64,000 nucleotides of DNA from a virus. Lineage: Duplodnaviria; Heunggongvirae; Uroviricota; Caudoviricetes. A model generated the notes under the pieces. The model made no database searches and had not been told where the DNA came from. It saw only the letters and a program-made list of their open reading frames with translations. Numbering within the stretch: position 1 is the first letter of the stretch; every line of letters begins with the position of its first letter. Made by a program: the position numbers and the translations under genes. Below are positions 9,746 through 18,925 of the stretch, in pieces. The DNA is taken from the IMG/VR virus record IMGVR_UViG_3300031949_000413, positions 41,088-105,087 of that record. One strand, written 5' to 3'.

Positions 9746-10456
9746 ATGAAGAAGATAACCGACCCGCTCACGTGGGTCACTGAAGCAACCGAAAAGCCGT
9801 CGAAGGACAAGCGCAAGCGCAAAGCACAACGCCAGGCGCTATTGACTGCCCATGTCAAGGGCAATGTGACGTTTGGGCTTGACGGGCATCGTGTCCACCT
9901 GGTAAATGACGTATTGCCAATCGGGGATGAAATTAAGCCTGTTGACGTGGCTTTGCAAGTTGTGTCTCGCGCCAAGTCAGGTACTATCATGGGCCGCATT
10001 AGCAAGTATCACTTGCTCAAGGCTGCTGAAGTGTGTGGAGTGTTTGCCAAACATTCCATGAATATCATGAAAATGACGCTCAATGGCACGTGGAGTTGTA
10101 CCAGCGCGTCGGCAGAGTTCGGATCGACAAACGTTACCATTGAAAACGGGGATAGCTGGTATGTCAAGTGGGTATTTGCCAAGTCGCCAGCGGAGTACAG
10201 GCGCATTGTAAAAACACTTGGATGCACCGAAAACTACGACAACGCGCTAATTACCAGCAAGGTGGTCTACGACCACACCGGGGCTGACATCTGCATCGCG
10301 GTAGATTACAAGTACCTTATTGAGGCGCTTGAGGGCTTACCAGAGATCATTGAATATCGGATGACCGATCCCGACACCGCCTTTTATCTCGCCGGGGAAG
10401 TTGACGGCGTGCTACGGGAAGCGGTGATCATGCCGATCCATTTGGGGAATGACTGA
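9746..10456 (+). CDS. short DNA polymerase III beta sliding-clamp-like protein (about 2 domains)
   Basis: C-terminal third matches bacterial DnaN domain III by eye. DYKYLIEALEGL resembles NVSYVLDVLNAL. EYRMTDPDT resembles VRMMLTDS. The terminal AVIMPIHL resembles AYVVMPMRL. Confidence 0.5.
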   Translation: MKKITDPLTWVTEATEKPSKDKRKRKAQRQALLTAHVKGNVTFGLDGHRVHLVNDVLPIGDEIKPVDVALQVVSRAKSGTIMGRISKYHLLKAAEVCGVFAKHSMNIMKMTLNGTWSCTSASAEFGSTNVTIENGDSWYVKWVFAKSPAEYRRIVKTLGCTENYDNALITSKVVYDHTGADICIAVDYKYLIEALEGLPEIIEYRMTDPDTAFYLAGEVDGVLREAVIMPIHLGND

Positions 10457-10457
10457 C

Positions 10458-10604
10458 ATGAATCATCACTGGAAAGTATGGACTGAGGACGATGCCGGGA
10501 ACGAGACGGAAGTGTTGTGCGAAGGCAGTCATGCCAAGTGCCTGAGCTATTACAAGCAGCATGGCGGTGAACGCGCCGGGCTGCATTTGGGATATGAGGT
10601 GTGA
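10458..10604 (+). CDS. hypothetical small protein (48 aa)
   Basis: First of four tandem small genes. Its end sits in the junction GAGGTGTGACATGG. Confidence 0.35.
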   Translation: MNHHWKVWTEDDAGNETEVLCEGSHAKCLSYYKQHGGERAGLHLGYEV

Positions 10605-10605
10605 C

Positions 10606-10866
10606 ATGGTGAAAAAGAACATGCGCACGCACGAGAAGTTTGCCATCGAGTGGGTCAAACACAACTACGGTCGTAAGTGGAAGTCGCGCCTGACGATGGA
10701 TGCTGATCATTTGCCAGTTCACTACAGGCTGTTTCACTGGTATCCATTTGGCCGACAAGATTGGAACTTGTATATCCATTACGCCAGGGTGTACCTGGCG
10801 CGCACGACAGACTATTTGTACCAGACTGCTCCTAAAGGATGGTTGGTACAGGTATCGGAGGTGTGA
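10606..10866 (+). CDS. hypothetical protein
   Basis: Starts in the junction GAGGTGTGACATGG and ends in the same motif. Confidence 0.45.
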   Translation: MVKKNMRTHEKFAIEWVKHNYGRKWKSRLTMDADHLPVHYRLFHWYPFGRQDWNLYIHYARVYLARTTDYLYQTAPKGWLVQVSEV

Positions 10867-10867
10867 C

Positions 10868-11080
10868 ATGGGAAAACAATATACGCCAGCTAATGAACGG
10901 CTCACGCTCGGAGAGTTGCGAGACTTTCTAGCCAGACAGACCAATCTACCCGACAGCACTCCGGTAGTCATGTTTTTAGATCGTGATGACAATAAATGCT
11001 GTCAAGTATATGCTGTTCGGGCATGGACTGGCAACAAGGCTAATATCACACTATTGCCTGGTCATGATATTGAGGTGTGA
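10868..11080 (+). CDS. hypothetical protein
   Basis: Same conserved junction at both ends. Confidence 0.45.
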   Translation: MGKQYTPANERLTLGELRDFLARQTNLPDSTPVVMFLDRDDNKCCQVYAVRAWTGNKANITLLPGHDIEV

Positions 11081-11081
11081 C

Positions 11082-11282
11082 ATGGACAACTACTTACTGT
11101 ATGCACTACGTCAGTATGGAGTACGCTTGACCTGTGGCGACAAGTGGCTGGTTCTGAATTACGCATCGCCAGTTGACGCGCCAGAGTACATTGTATACTG
11201 GCGTCCCTATGCCGCAAAAAAGACTAAGGTGTGCTATCAGGGTGCTTCTGCGGAAGACGCTGTTAATATCCTGGTGCGATAG
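11082..11282 (+). CDS. hypothetical protein
   Basis: Starts in the third copy of GAGGTGTGACATGG. Confidence 0.45.
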   Translation: MDNYLLYALRQYGVRLTCGDKWLVLNYASPVDAPEYIVYWRPYAAKKTKVCYQGASAEDAVNILVR

Positions 11283-11297
11283 TCCTAAAGGAGAGCA

Positions 11298-11603
11298 ATG
11301 AACAACGAACAACTACACAAGTTTTGGGATACGCCTGGCGGAACGATCTACGAGATCGCCATCGGTAATTCATACGACGGTGGTGAACAGGGAAAGGAAG
11401 ATTGTCGAATTGCAGATAATCTTAGTCACTGGCTGAAGCGCCGAATTACCAGCAATAAACAGATGGTATTTGTCTCTGTCAGTACCGTTCTTACGCGCGA
11501 TATATCTATTGCGCTGATCCGTCAGGGCATTGCTGATATTGTCGAGAATGTGTATATTCTGAATCGGAACACAGGTAAATACATGCCACGATGGAGAAAA
11601 TAA
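11298..11603 (+). CDS. hypothetical protein
   Basis: AAAGGAGAGCAATGAAC start context, shared with the gene at 12310. Confidence 0.5.
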   Translation: MNNEQLHKFWDTPGGTIYEIAIGNSYDGGEQGKEDCRIADNLSHWLKRRITSNKQMVFVSVSTVLTRDISIALIRQGIADIVENVYILNRNTGKYMPRWRK

Positions 11604-11776
11604 TATGCCCCATCTGTGATATGCACGTTGATCTGATGGTTGGAATCGTGGCAAGTATTGTAACTGGCTTGCCTGTAATAGAGGTTGCATTAGTTTGCAC
11701 AAACCCAGAGTGCGAGTATGAGGCATTCACATACCTCCATCAAAGCGGGATGTCCGAGCTGGAAGTCGGGCAATAG
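11591..11776 (+). CDS. hypothetical Cys-rich small protein
   Basis: Contains CPICD ... CTNPEC. Confidence 0.35.
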   Translation: MEKIICPICDMHVDLMVGIVASIVTGLPVIEVALVCTNPECEYEAFTYLHQSGMSELEVGQ

Positions 11777-11842
11777 CCCTAAAGTCCCATTGTTTTGTGT
11801 GCCAGCTCGTGCTATGCTGGTAGCCAATAAAGGGGTGTACGG

Positions 11843-12064
11843 ATGACGACACTTGACGAGTTGGCAAAGGACATTGGAAACAAGACTATGAAGGCCATCA
11901 TTGTCCTATCGGACTTCGGCTATACCACCAGGGACTATCGTGAGGTGATGGTACGATGGGGTGTGGTGGGCTATGAGCTGAACGGCCATTGGGTAAGAGT
12001 TATGGACGGCGATGTGCTGAAAACATTCGCCGGGGAAAGGATCGAGGTGACGAATGGACGGTAA
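11843..12064 (+). CDS. hypothetical protein
   Basis: Preceded by CCAATAAAGGGG and by the CTAAAGTCCCATTGT promoter box. Confidence 0.45.
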   Translation: MTTLDELAKDIGNKTMKAIIVLSDFGYTTRDYREVMVRWGVVGYELNGHWVRVMDGDVLKTFAGERIEVTNGR

Positions 12065-12309
12065 CATTCAAGGGCTAATCGAGCGCATGGCTGGTGTTCG
12101 TGAAATTCTTGAAATCGGTCTGCCAATGCCCTTCGTCATGACCTATGGCACTTTTGAGGTCAGACGAGCAACGCGGTAGCACACAGTCTAGCCAGCCCGA
12201 ACCCGTTAGGGCGGATTCGGTAGCGATACCGACATAGAGTGTAGAACGCTCGAAGGTGACGGTCGTCGTAGACCCACCGCTGGCTAGGCTGTACCAATAA
12301 AGGAGAGCA

Positions 12310-12513
12310 ATGAACGACAAACAACTTACCGAGCGTACTGAGTTCATCCGAGGAGAATACTGTGAATGCGGACATCAACATGCTATCCGTGCGTTTTACA
12401 CACCGGACGGCACACTGGGTCGCCAAGAGCCAATGATATGGGAGTCTGTTGTCAAGTCTACGTACAAGAGCTGCCCGAAATGTGGACGGTCTGTAATAGA
12501 GGAGAAGCCATGA
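12310..12513 (+). CDS. zinc-ribbon small protein
   Basis: CECGHQ ... CPKCG. Preceded by a repeated structured leader. Confidence 0.5.
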   Translation: MNDKQLTERTEFIRGEYCECGHQHAIRAFYTPDGTLGRQEPMIWESVVKSTYKSCPKCGRSVIEEKP

Positions 12514-12587
12514 ACGACAAACAAATGTACAAAATTATCAACAACTATGTCTTGGGGAAGTATCCAGATCGAGGATCGGAGTGACTA

Positions 12588-12887
12588 ATGAGCAATCTTA
12601 TTAAGAGGGTGAATCAAATTGAATGGCACAGGAATGGCATTTGTGGTGTTGGTTTCTATGCTATCCTGTTCGAGACGACCGACAATGAGTTGATGGTCGC
12701 CAGTCTATATGAAGATACGGGATACTGCTCCGTATTGAGAGTAGATGATCTGTCGGATGTTGACAAAGGCGTGACATTTGGTATTAACTCATGGCGTGGT
12801 GACAACTACGAGACAGAACTTCGTGAAGCAGTCAAACGCCAGAAGTCAACCAATCGTATTGGCATATTCAGCATACCAGTAATTTGA
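12588..12887 (+). CDS. hypothetical protein
   Basis: 99-aa ORF. Confidence 0.4.
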   Translation: MSNLIKRVNQIEWHRNGICGVGFYAILFETTDNELMVASLYEDTGYCSVLRVDDLSDVDKGVTFGINSWRGDNYETELREAVKRQKSTNRIGIFSIPVI

Positions 12888-13016
12888 CAGCCTAGCCAGC
12901 CCGATCCAATTATGGCGGACACGACAGAACAGTGTCGTCAATACCGTGCAACACGCGGGAGGCCGGAGTCGCCATAGACCCGGCGCTGGATAGGCTGTAC
13001 CAATAAAGGAGACAAG

Positions 13017-13430
13017 ATGGACGAGTATCAAAACATTCATACTGGGGAAGTTGTACACATTGTCAATATAGAGCGTGTCGTCAATATTCCACCCATTCTT
13101 GTTTATGAATTGAGTGACGGTGGAAGGTGGAATATTGACGAGTTTCGCAAAAACTGGCGACCGTACAATACAGAAGCCAAAGTCTCACATTCACAACCCA
13201 GCATCAAAGGAGATAAGATGGAAGCCATTCGAGAAGAAGACAACGTATATTACAACAAAGGTGGTGGCTATGCAATGTGGTTCAAGCATGGCATCTGGAA
13301 AATGATGTACTGTGCGATGAGATTTAGCCTAATTGGAGCCACATCAATCAGATGGGAAGTGTCACAAGACGAAGCCGACCGAATCATTCAAGAATGGTAC
13401 ACGAAATCTCCTAGTCCACAGCCAGACTGA
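13017..13430 (+). CDS. hypothetical protein
   Basis: Preceded by the second copy of the structured leader, ending CCAATAAAGGAGA. Confidence 0.5.
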   Translation: MDEYQNIHTGEVVHIVNIERVVNIPPILVYELSDGGRWNIDEFRKNWRPYNTEAKVSHSQPSIKGDKMEAIREEDNVYYNKGGGYAMWFKHGIWKMMYCAMRFSLIGATSIRWEVSQDEADRIIQEWYTKSPSPQPD

Positions 13431-13461
13431 ATTATAGCAATACTTTCTGGGGATAACGCTA

Positions 13462-13770
13462 ATGTGCAAATGGTCTGGATACACAATTGGGAAGTCATAC
13501 ACATTGGTAAACAACAGCGGTGTAATGTGTGACCAGTGTGGCGGTGCAGCATTTCGTCCAGGAGATATGTTCATATTGACGTATAATGGTCATGAGCAAT
13601 TGCGTCGATACGGGCTGTGCGACAAATTCACATATACGCACTGTCACAGATGTGTAACTTGTGGCCGCGAATTATACATTTGGTATGATCCGTGTGGTGG
13701 TATCTCTAGCAGCCTGTTTGACAGTGAGAGCGTTAGTCAAGATACCGAGCTTGTAATAAGAGGACACTAA
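13462..13770 (+). CDS. Cys-rich zinc-binding protein
   Basis: CDQCGG ... CHRCVTCG. Confidence 0.4.
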   Translation: MCKWSGYTIGKSYTLVNNSGVMCDQCGGAAFRPGDMFILTYNGHEQLRRYGLCDKFTYTHCHRCVTCGRELYIWYDPCGGISSSLFDSESVSQDTELVIRGH

Positions 13771-14723
13771 TGGCGCTGCAAACCAGACCGGAGACGCTTG
13801 ATGCCTATATCGGTCATCCCGATATGAAGGCGAACATCAAGACACTGTTAGACGCTGCTAAGACGCGCCAGTTACCGGCCACTCATGCGCTGATGTATGG
13901 GCCAGCCGGTACGGGCAAAACTACCATTGCGCGCATCGTTGCTAACGAGATGGGCGCTAACCTGAAAACGGGTATCGGGCCTGCCTATAGAACTGTGCCA
14001 GACATCATTCCATTGCTGATGTCCATTAGGCAGGGTGACGTGCTGTTTATTGACGAGATTCACGCCCTGCCGCGATTGGTTGAAGAAGTCCTGTACACAG
14101 CAATGGAAGACGGCGTGATTGACGTGGTGTTCGGTGACATTATGCCGTACACCATGCGAGTGCCCATTCCTGCCTTTACGATGCTAGGCGCAACGACCCG
14201 ACTAGGGAAGATGTCACAACCGCTTCGGGATAGGTTTAAGGCCGTTTTGCGCCTTAACTACTACACCGATACGGAATTGGCCGAAATAATCACCCAGACG
14301 GGCGTTGTAGCCACGCCAGACGGCATTGCAGAGATTGCACGGCGCGGACGTGGCACTCCGCGAGTGGTTCTTAACCTATTGTCTAGGGTGAGTGACTATG
14401 CACTGGCAAATGGCTTGCTAATAGATGCCGAAACAGCATCAAAGGCGCTAGACGCTATCGGGGTTGACAAAGTTGGCTTGGATAGCAACGACCGGCGCTT
14501 CCTAAAAGTATTGGCTAATCGTTTTGGTGGTGGGCCAGCCGGTATTGACGCTATCTCGTCGGTGATGAACGAAGAACGAGATACCGTAGAGGACGTGATC
14601 GAACCATTCTTGTTGTGGAAGGGAATGATCGAACGAACGCCACGCGGACGGGTGTTGACTGTAACTGGCTATCAGCATTTGGGCATGGCCGTGCCAGAAC
14701 GCAAAGAAACGGTGGTAATGTAA
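13770..14723 (+). CDS. ruvB: Holliday junction branch-migration helicase RuvB
   Basis: Near-colinear match to bacterial RuvB by eye. Walker A GPAGTGKTT, Walker B and sensor LFIDEIHAL, then MLGATTR, RDRF, GTPRV and the C-terminal RTPRGR block. Confidence 0.85.
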   Translation: MALQTRPETLDAYIGHPDMKANIKTLLDAAKTRQLPATHALMYGPAGTGKTTIARIVANEMGANLKTGIGPAYRTVPDIIPLLMSIRQGDVLFIDEIHALPRLVEEVLYTAMEDGVIDVVFGDIMPYTMRVPIPAFTMLGATTRLGKMSQPLRDRFKAVLRLNYYTDTELAEIITQTGVVATPDGIAEIARRGRGTPRVVLNLLSRVSDYALANGLLIDAETASKALDAIGVDKVGLDSNDRRFLKVLANRFGGGPAGIDAISSVMNEERDTVEDVIEPFLLWKGMIERTPRGRVLTVTGYQHLGMAVPERKETVVM

Positions 14724-15484
14724 TGGCTGACAACACACCCTGGACGGTATACTGGGCATGGGCGACCAGTGCTGGGTCAGAGCTGGTCAAAAAGACGGCC
14801 AGAGCTATTGAAGATTCTGTCAGTCATGCTGCGCTAGAAGTAGTAGTTGAACGCCTGTCAGGAGCGCCGATAGACGTTAAGGAATCATTGTGGAGTCTAT
14901 GGGCTAGGAATGCTGACATTTCGGGCTATACAGGCTTTGACATTGTTGGACAACTCGACAATGAGCCAGTCAATGTCAAATACTCCATCCTGGCGCAGTG
15001 GGTGCAGCAAGTTGACTTGTCCAAGTATGGCCTGCCCGAAGTCAAAGTGGCTACACGGGCGCTAAACACCTATGCCGAACGACTGACGCTATGGCAGAGG
15101 TGGGTAGCGCAAGCAGACTTGCGAGTATATGACTTGGAAGACTTCGTGAAGGGCATCAAAGAGCAGAATCCAACCATCAAAGAGATTTGCATGGTTGGCT
15201 ATCTTAGGCAAAACAACTGCAATGTCTACCCTGCCAAAACGCTAACCAGGGTGTTGGATAGCCTGCCAAAGAATGTTAGTGCCGTCATGCGCGAGTTTGC
15301 ACATGCTGACGCACCTGCTGGATATGTACACGTATGGCGGTCAGTAACAGCAACGACGCCGGAAGAAGCAGTACGGGACTATCTACGTCATGCGCAGAAG
15401 CGCGTGAACGTATTTTCCGACCTTCAGGTACAGCGGTACTCTAACGGCGCTGGTTGGGCCGTATTTGAGCCGAAAGGGGCATGA
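14723..15484 (+). CDS. hypothetical protein
   Basis: ATG overlaps the RuvB stop (TAATG). 254 aa. Confidence 0.5.
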   Translation: MADNTPWTVYWAWATSAGSELVKKTARAIEDSVSHAALEVVVERLSGAPIDVKESLWSLWARNADISGYTGFDIVGQLDNEPVNVKYSILAQWVQQVDLSKYGLPEVKVATRALNTYAERLTLWQRWVAQADLRVYDLEDFVKGIKEQNPTIKEICMVGYLRQNNCNVYPAKTLTRVLDSLPKNVSAVMREFAHADAPAGYVHVWRSVTATTPEEAVRDYLRHAQKRVNVFSDLQVQRYSNGAGWAVFEPKGA

Positions 15485-15531
15485 TGAGCAAACTGACTGA
15501 TGAACTTGCTAAAACAAGCCAGTGGTGGTAA

Positions 15532-15732
15532 ATGAACTACCAGAACATTTCGGGCTACACATTTGTCGGATGGTCAACGCTGGCAACGGCTGACGAGGCC
15601 ATTGCAAACTTCGCCAATAAACTATTACAGCGCGGGCTTGTGGTAGACAAGTCTGATCTGCTGGCGATGACGCCAGAACACATTCCATATCAGGTGGTCA
15701 GATGGGAAGTACACCGAAAGATAGCGCCATGA
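15532..15732 (+). CDS. hypothetical protein
   Basis: 66-aa ORF. Confidence 0.35.
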   Translation: MNYQNISGYTFVGWSTLATADEAIANFANKLLQRGLVVDKSDLLAMTPEHIPYQVVRWEVHRKIAP

Positions 15733-15914
15733 ATCGCTACGTCTACAGTCGTCAAATGAGCAATATCTACCTTGACGATAAATGGAATATCGTTCACACC
15801 GGGCGCAGGCCGAAAGAATGGGTGTACTGTGGGCTGGTGTGGCTAGGAGATGCGCGGGTCAATAAGTGGGACACGCAACCCGGTAAAGATAAGAAAGATA
15901 AGGTGACATCATGA
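15729..15914 (+). CDS. hypothetical protein
   Basis: ATG overlaps the upstream stop. Confidence 0.35.
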   Translation: MNRYVYSRQMSNIYLDDKWNIVHTGRRPKEWVYCGLVWLGDARVNKWDTQPGKDKKDKVTS

Positions 15915-16321
15915 GTCAATGGACACACGTTGCAGGCTGTATCAGAATTGACGATCTGTTTAATGATACAGCTTCAAAGATCAAGGCGCAATTTGGTATC
16001 ACTTGCACCTTTGACGACGGCGAGGATGCTTTGGACAAGTGTAATGTGCCGTGCGGATCAGAAGGATCGATTCAGTACAGAATTGAACACACTGGTAGTC
16101 CATACTCGCTGTCTTGGGGTCTGGTATCCATCTGGGGCGACTTACGTGACTACAATGACGCCACTGCCATTTACGAATGGATCAAAAAGGCATGTGATGG
16201 TCTTATGATCCGATCATGTGCTGTAAAGGTAGACGTAGAAGGTGGAAATTCATACATTATCCATGATAACGAGTATGGAGGAGGCATTGTCATGGATACC
16301 ATTATAGCGGTAACACCATGA
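15911..16321 (+). CDS. hypothetical protein
   Basis: 136-aa ORF. ATGA overlap with the upstream gene. Confidence 0.5.
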   Translation: MSQWTHVAGCIRIDDLFNDTASKIKAQFGITCTFDDGEDALDKCNVPCGSEGSIQYRIEHTGSPYSLSWGLVSIWGDLRDYNDATAIYEWIKKACDGLMIRSCAVKVDVEGGNSYIIHDNEYGGGIVMDTIIAVTP

Positions 16322-16533
16322 AGGTGACGGCGCATGTCAATGGCTCTTATAGCTTGCTAATGACAAGCGAAGAGCTTAAAGCATTTGGGATCACTGGCAA
16401 GAAACACCTGAAGTCATTGGCGATGGGTGAGGACATTGCTAACGGGCATCGTGTTTACTACTTCTACGGGAGTAACTCGCTAGAACTTGCGCTAGAAGCA
16501 GGCCGATTCTATGGGTTGCTGGTGGAGCGATGA
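16318..16533 (+). CDS. hypothetical protein
   Basis: Coupled start. Confidence 0.4.
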   Translation: MKVTAHVNGSYSLLMTSEELKAFGITGKKHLKSLAMGEDIANGHRVYYFYGSNSLELALEAGRFYGLLVER

Positions 16534-16904
16534 ACGTATCGGTATCAGGCTGTAGGTATCTGGTGATAACACCTGCTGGTGCGCGCTATTATGTGTCTAA
16601 GGACAAGGCGTGTACATGCCAGAAGAACAGCTGCACACACATTGACGCCGTATCGCTGTATTTGAAGATGAAGGGCGCTAAGGCCAAGACGCCAGAGCCA
16701 TTGCCAACCCTGCAACAGCGGGCCGACTACATTCGATCCCTACGGCGCAATGTCATTGACAGCCAGCAACTCAGTCTGATGGCACAGTACATTCTTGAAG
16801 TGTTACACATAGGCGAGTCACAACAAGAACGACTGGCCTTTTGTAAGAAGTGGGAACTGCGCTACCAATGGGTGACAGGCGACTTACAGCCAAGACTACT
16901 GTAG
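16530..16904 (+). CDS. SWIM-type zinc-finger protein
   Basis: CTCQKNSCTHIDAV matches the SWIM CxCxnCxH signature. Confidence 0.5.
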   Translation: MNVSVSGCRYLVITPAGARYYVSKDKACTCQKNSCTHIDAVSLYLKMKGAKAKTPEPLPTLQQRADYIRSLRRNVIDSQQLSLMAQYILEVLHIGESQQERLAFCKKWELRYQWVTGDLQPRLL

Positions 16905-16973
16905 TCCACAAGTACCATAGACTTCTATCCCAAATGGACTTAGACTGTAGTCAAATCACAAGGAGGTACCACA

Positions 16974-17267
16974 GTGGGCAATGTTATTGACGGCATCAAA
17001 CTCATTCGACATACGGGTGGTGGTGTAAATGAACCAGATGACACGATCTATCCATTCTTGCTGGAAGTAGTGTTACAGCCACCGGCGCTAATGGCTGTCG
17101 GGTTTGCGATGTTGTATGGCAACGAAGAAATTGTTGTACGCGGCATGACCCGGAAGGCGCTTGAGGAGTTCGTTGACATGAACCACTTCCAGAACATCGG
17201 GCGTCTAATTAGCTGTACTATCTACGATGCACAAAATCAGCCTGTAGTCCAATACGGCAGGTGCTAA
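16974..17267 (+). CDS. hypothetical protein
   Basis: GTG start after AGGAGG. Confidence 0.4.
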   Translation: MGNVIDGIKLIRHTGGGVNEPDDTIYPFLLEVVLQPPALMAVGFAMLYGNEEIVVRGMTRKALEEFVDMNHFQNIGRLISCTIYDAQNQPVVQYGRC

Positions 17268-17268
17268 G

Positions 17269-18141
17269 ATGTACCGACAACGACGCTGGAATAAACCCGA
17301 ACCCAGAGCAGTCATTCGTGCTGAGAATGGCGTGCTAGTGCTGGACGCCTCCTATGACGAGGCATTGATAGCATGGCTGAAGGCAATTCCCACATCTGAC
17401 CGTTCTGGTGACAAGATCGACGGCAAGTTCCTGTGGTATATCGACCCCAAGCATGGGACTGCCCTACAGGGCGCGATCCAGCGGTATATGGGCCTGACAG
17501 TGGCATTACCTGCCGTTTCGACTGTAGAAGCACCCCAGAGCGTCCAGGCGTTCCAGGTGCGCTATCTGGGTGGTGCGTATGCTAGGGGTGCTGAAGAACG
17601 CACGGCATCGGGCTGGGTGGGTAGCCAGCAAGACGGCAAGTGGCTACTGATCTTCGGTGAAACGGCCCTGCGCAAGTGGTTCGGAGAACACGACGCTAGA
17701 CCGGGGGATATGCTCAATCATTATGGTGTGTTGGGTGTGGCGTCTACGGTGGATATGGACGCTATTAGGAAAGCCTATAGGAAAATGGCTGTTATCTGGC
17801 ATCCCGACCGCAACCACGATCCAGATGCCCAAAAGCAGTTTATCGCTATCCAGAAGGCATACGAGGTGTTGTATGATGACATCAAACGCCAGAAGTACGA
17901 TTCCGGGTTGCAGCTACAGGCCAGTATTGGTGGTGAGCGCAAGAGTACCGATAATGTGTACTTCTCGCCACTTCGGTGTGGCGTTATCACTGCTACCGTC
18001 AAACCTATTACAGGAAACCGATATATGGTTATCGGTATCAGTAAGTGGGATGACATCGTTGAGGCAGGTCGGATGTTAGTACCGACGTGGGAAAAAGGCG
18101 CTAAGATGTTCCTAGAGCAGTGGGTGGAGGTTGTACGATGA
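17269..18141 (+). CDS. J-domain (DnaJ-like) protein with a novel N-terminal domain
   Basis: YGVLGV ... AIRKAYRKMAVIWHPDRN ... AIQKAYEVL. HPD tripeptide sits in a J-domain context. Confidence 0.7.
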   Translation: MYRQRRWNKPEPRAVIRAENGVLVLDASYDEALIAWLKAIPTSDRSGDKIDGKFLWYIDPKHGTALQGAIQRYMGLTVALPAVSTVEAPQSVQAFQVRYLGGAYARGAEERTASGWVGSQQDGKWLLIFGETALRKWFGEHDARPGDMLNHYGVLGVASTVDMDAIRKAYRKMAVIWHPDRNHDPDAQKQFIAIQKAYEVLYDDIKRQKYDSGLQLQASIGGERKSTDNVYFSPLRCGVITATVKPITGNRYMVIGISKWDDIVEAGRMLVPTWEKGAKMFLEQWVEVVR

Positions 18142-18344
18142 ATATTCACAAGGGCACGGAACTTCCGGTGTCCAACGGCATGAAACTTGTACTAATAAGA
18201 CTTGGGGCTATCGGGAGATACTGGAAGATTGTTGAGTTCTCTGGCGGATGGATTCTTGAAGGACATCCCTATGAGAATCTTGATGATGATGAAATTGAGG
18301 TGCTGGGATGGACAGAGCTTCCGAGCATTGAGGTTGTACAATGA
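18138..18344 (+). CDS. hypothetical small protein
   Basis: Coupled between the J-domain and vWA genes. Confidence 0.35.
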   Translation: MNIHKGTELPVSNGMKLVLIRLGAIGRYWKIVEFSGGWILEGHPYENLDDDEIEVLGWTELPSIEVVQ

Positions 18345-18925
18345 GCGATAACATTTCCCTACAAGTGGTAACTGGTAGCCTACAAGACATCGTACAGTCC
18401 AAGCACACCAGTCTAGCCGATGCCTTCGTGGACGTGGACGCCGTGATCCTGATAGATGAGTCAGGCAGCATGGCCGCTACCGATAGTCGGGGCGGTAAGT
18501 CGCGTTTTAGTGTTGCCTGTGAGGAACTAGCTAACTTGCAGAAGTCCCAACCGGGTAAGTTCGCTGTGATCGGGTTCAGCACGGAAGTCGTTCCACATAT
18601 TGGTGGTGTTCCGATCTATCAGTCTGGTGGCACAGATATGGCTAGAGCATTGAACTACGCCAAGATGTTCGATGTGCCAACCATGCAGATATTCATGGTA
18701 TCAGACGGTGAACCAAATAGCGAGGAACAGACAATTGAAGTGGCTAAAACATACAAGCACGCCAATATTTTGACTATCTTCGTTGGGCCTGAAACCGACA
18801 GAGGCGGACGAGATTTCTTGGCAAAATTGGCGGCTGTCCGTGGTGGAAAAACCACTACGGCTGACCGTGTGATGGAGTTGTCTGAGAAGGTACAAACCCT
18901 GATGTTGGAAGGAGTACGAGCATGA
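18341..18925 (+). CDS. von Willebrand factor A (vWA) domain protein
   Basis: MIDAS motif ILIDESGSM. Downstream GGTDMARAL and MVSDGEPN. Confidence 0.7.
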   Translation: MSDNISLQVVTGSLQDIVQSKHTSLADAFVDVDAVILIDESGSMAATDSRGGKSRFSVACEELANLQKSQPGKFAVIGFSTEVVPHIGGVPIYQSGGTDMARALNYAKMFDVPTMQIFMVSDGEPNSEEQTIEVAKTYKHANILTIFVGPETDRGGRDFLAKLAAVRGGKTTTADRVMELSEKVQTLMLEGVRA

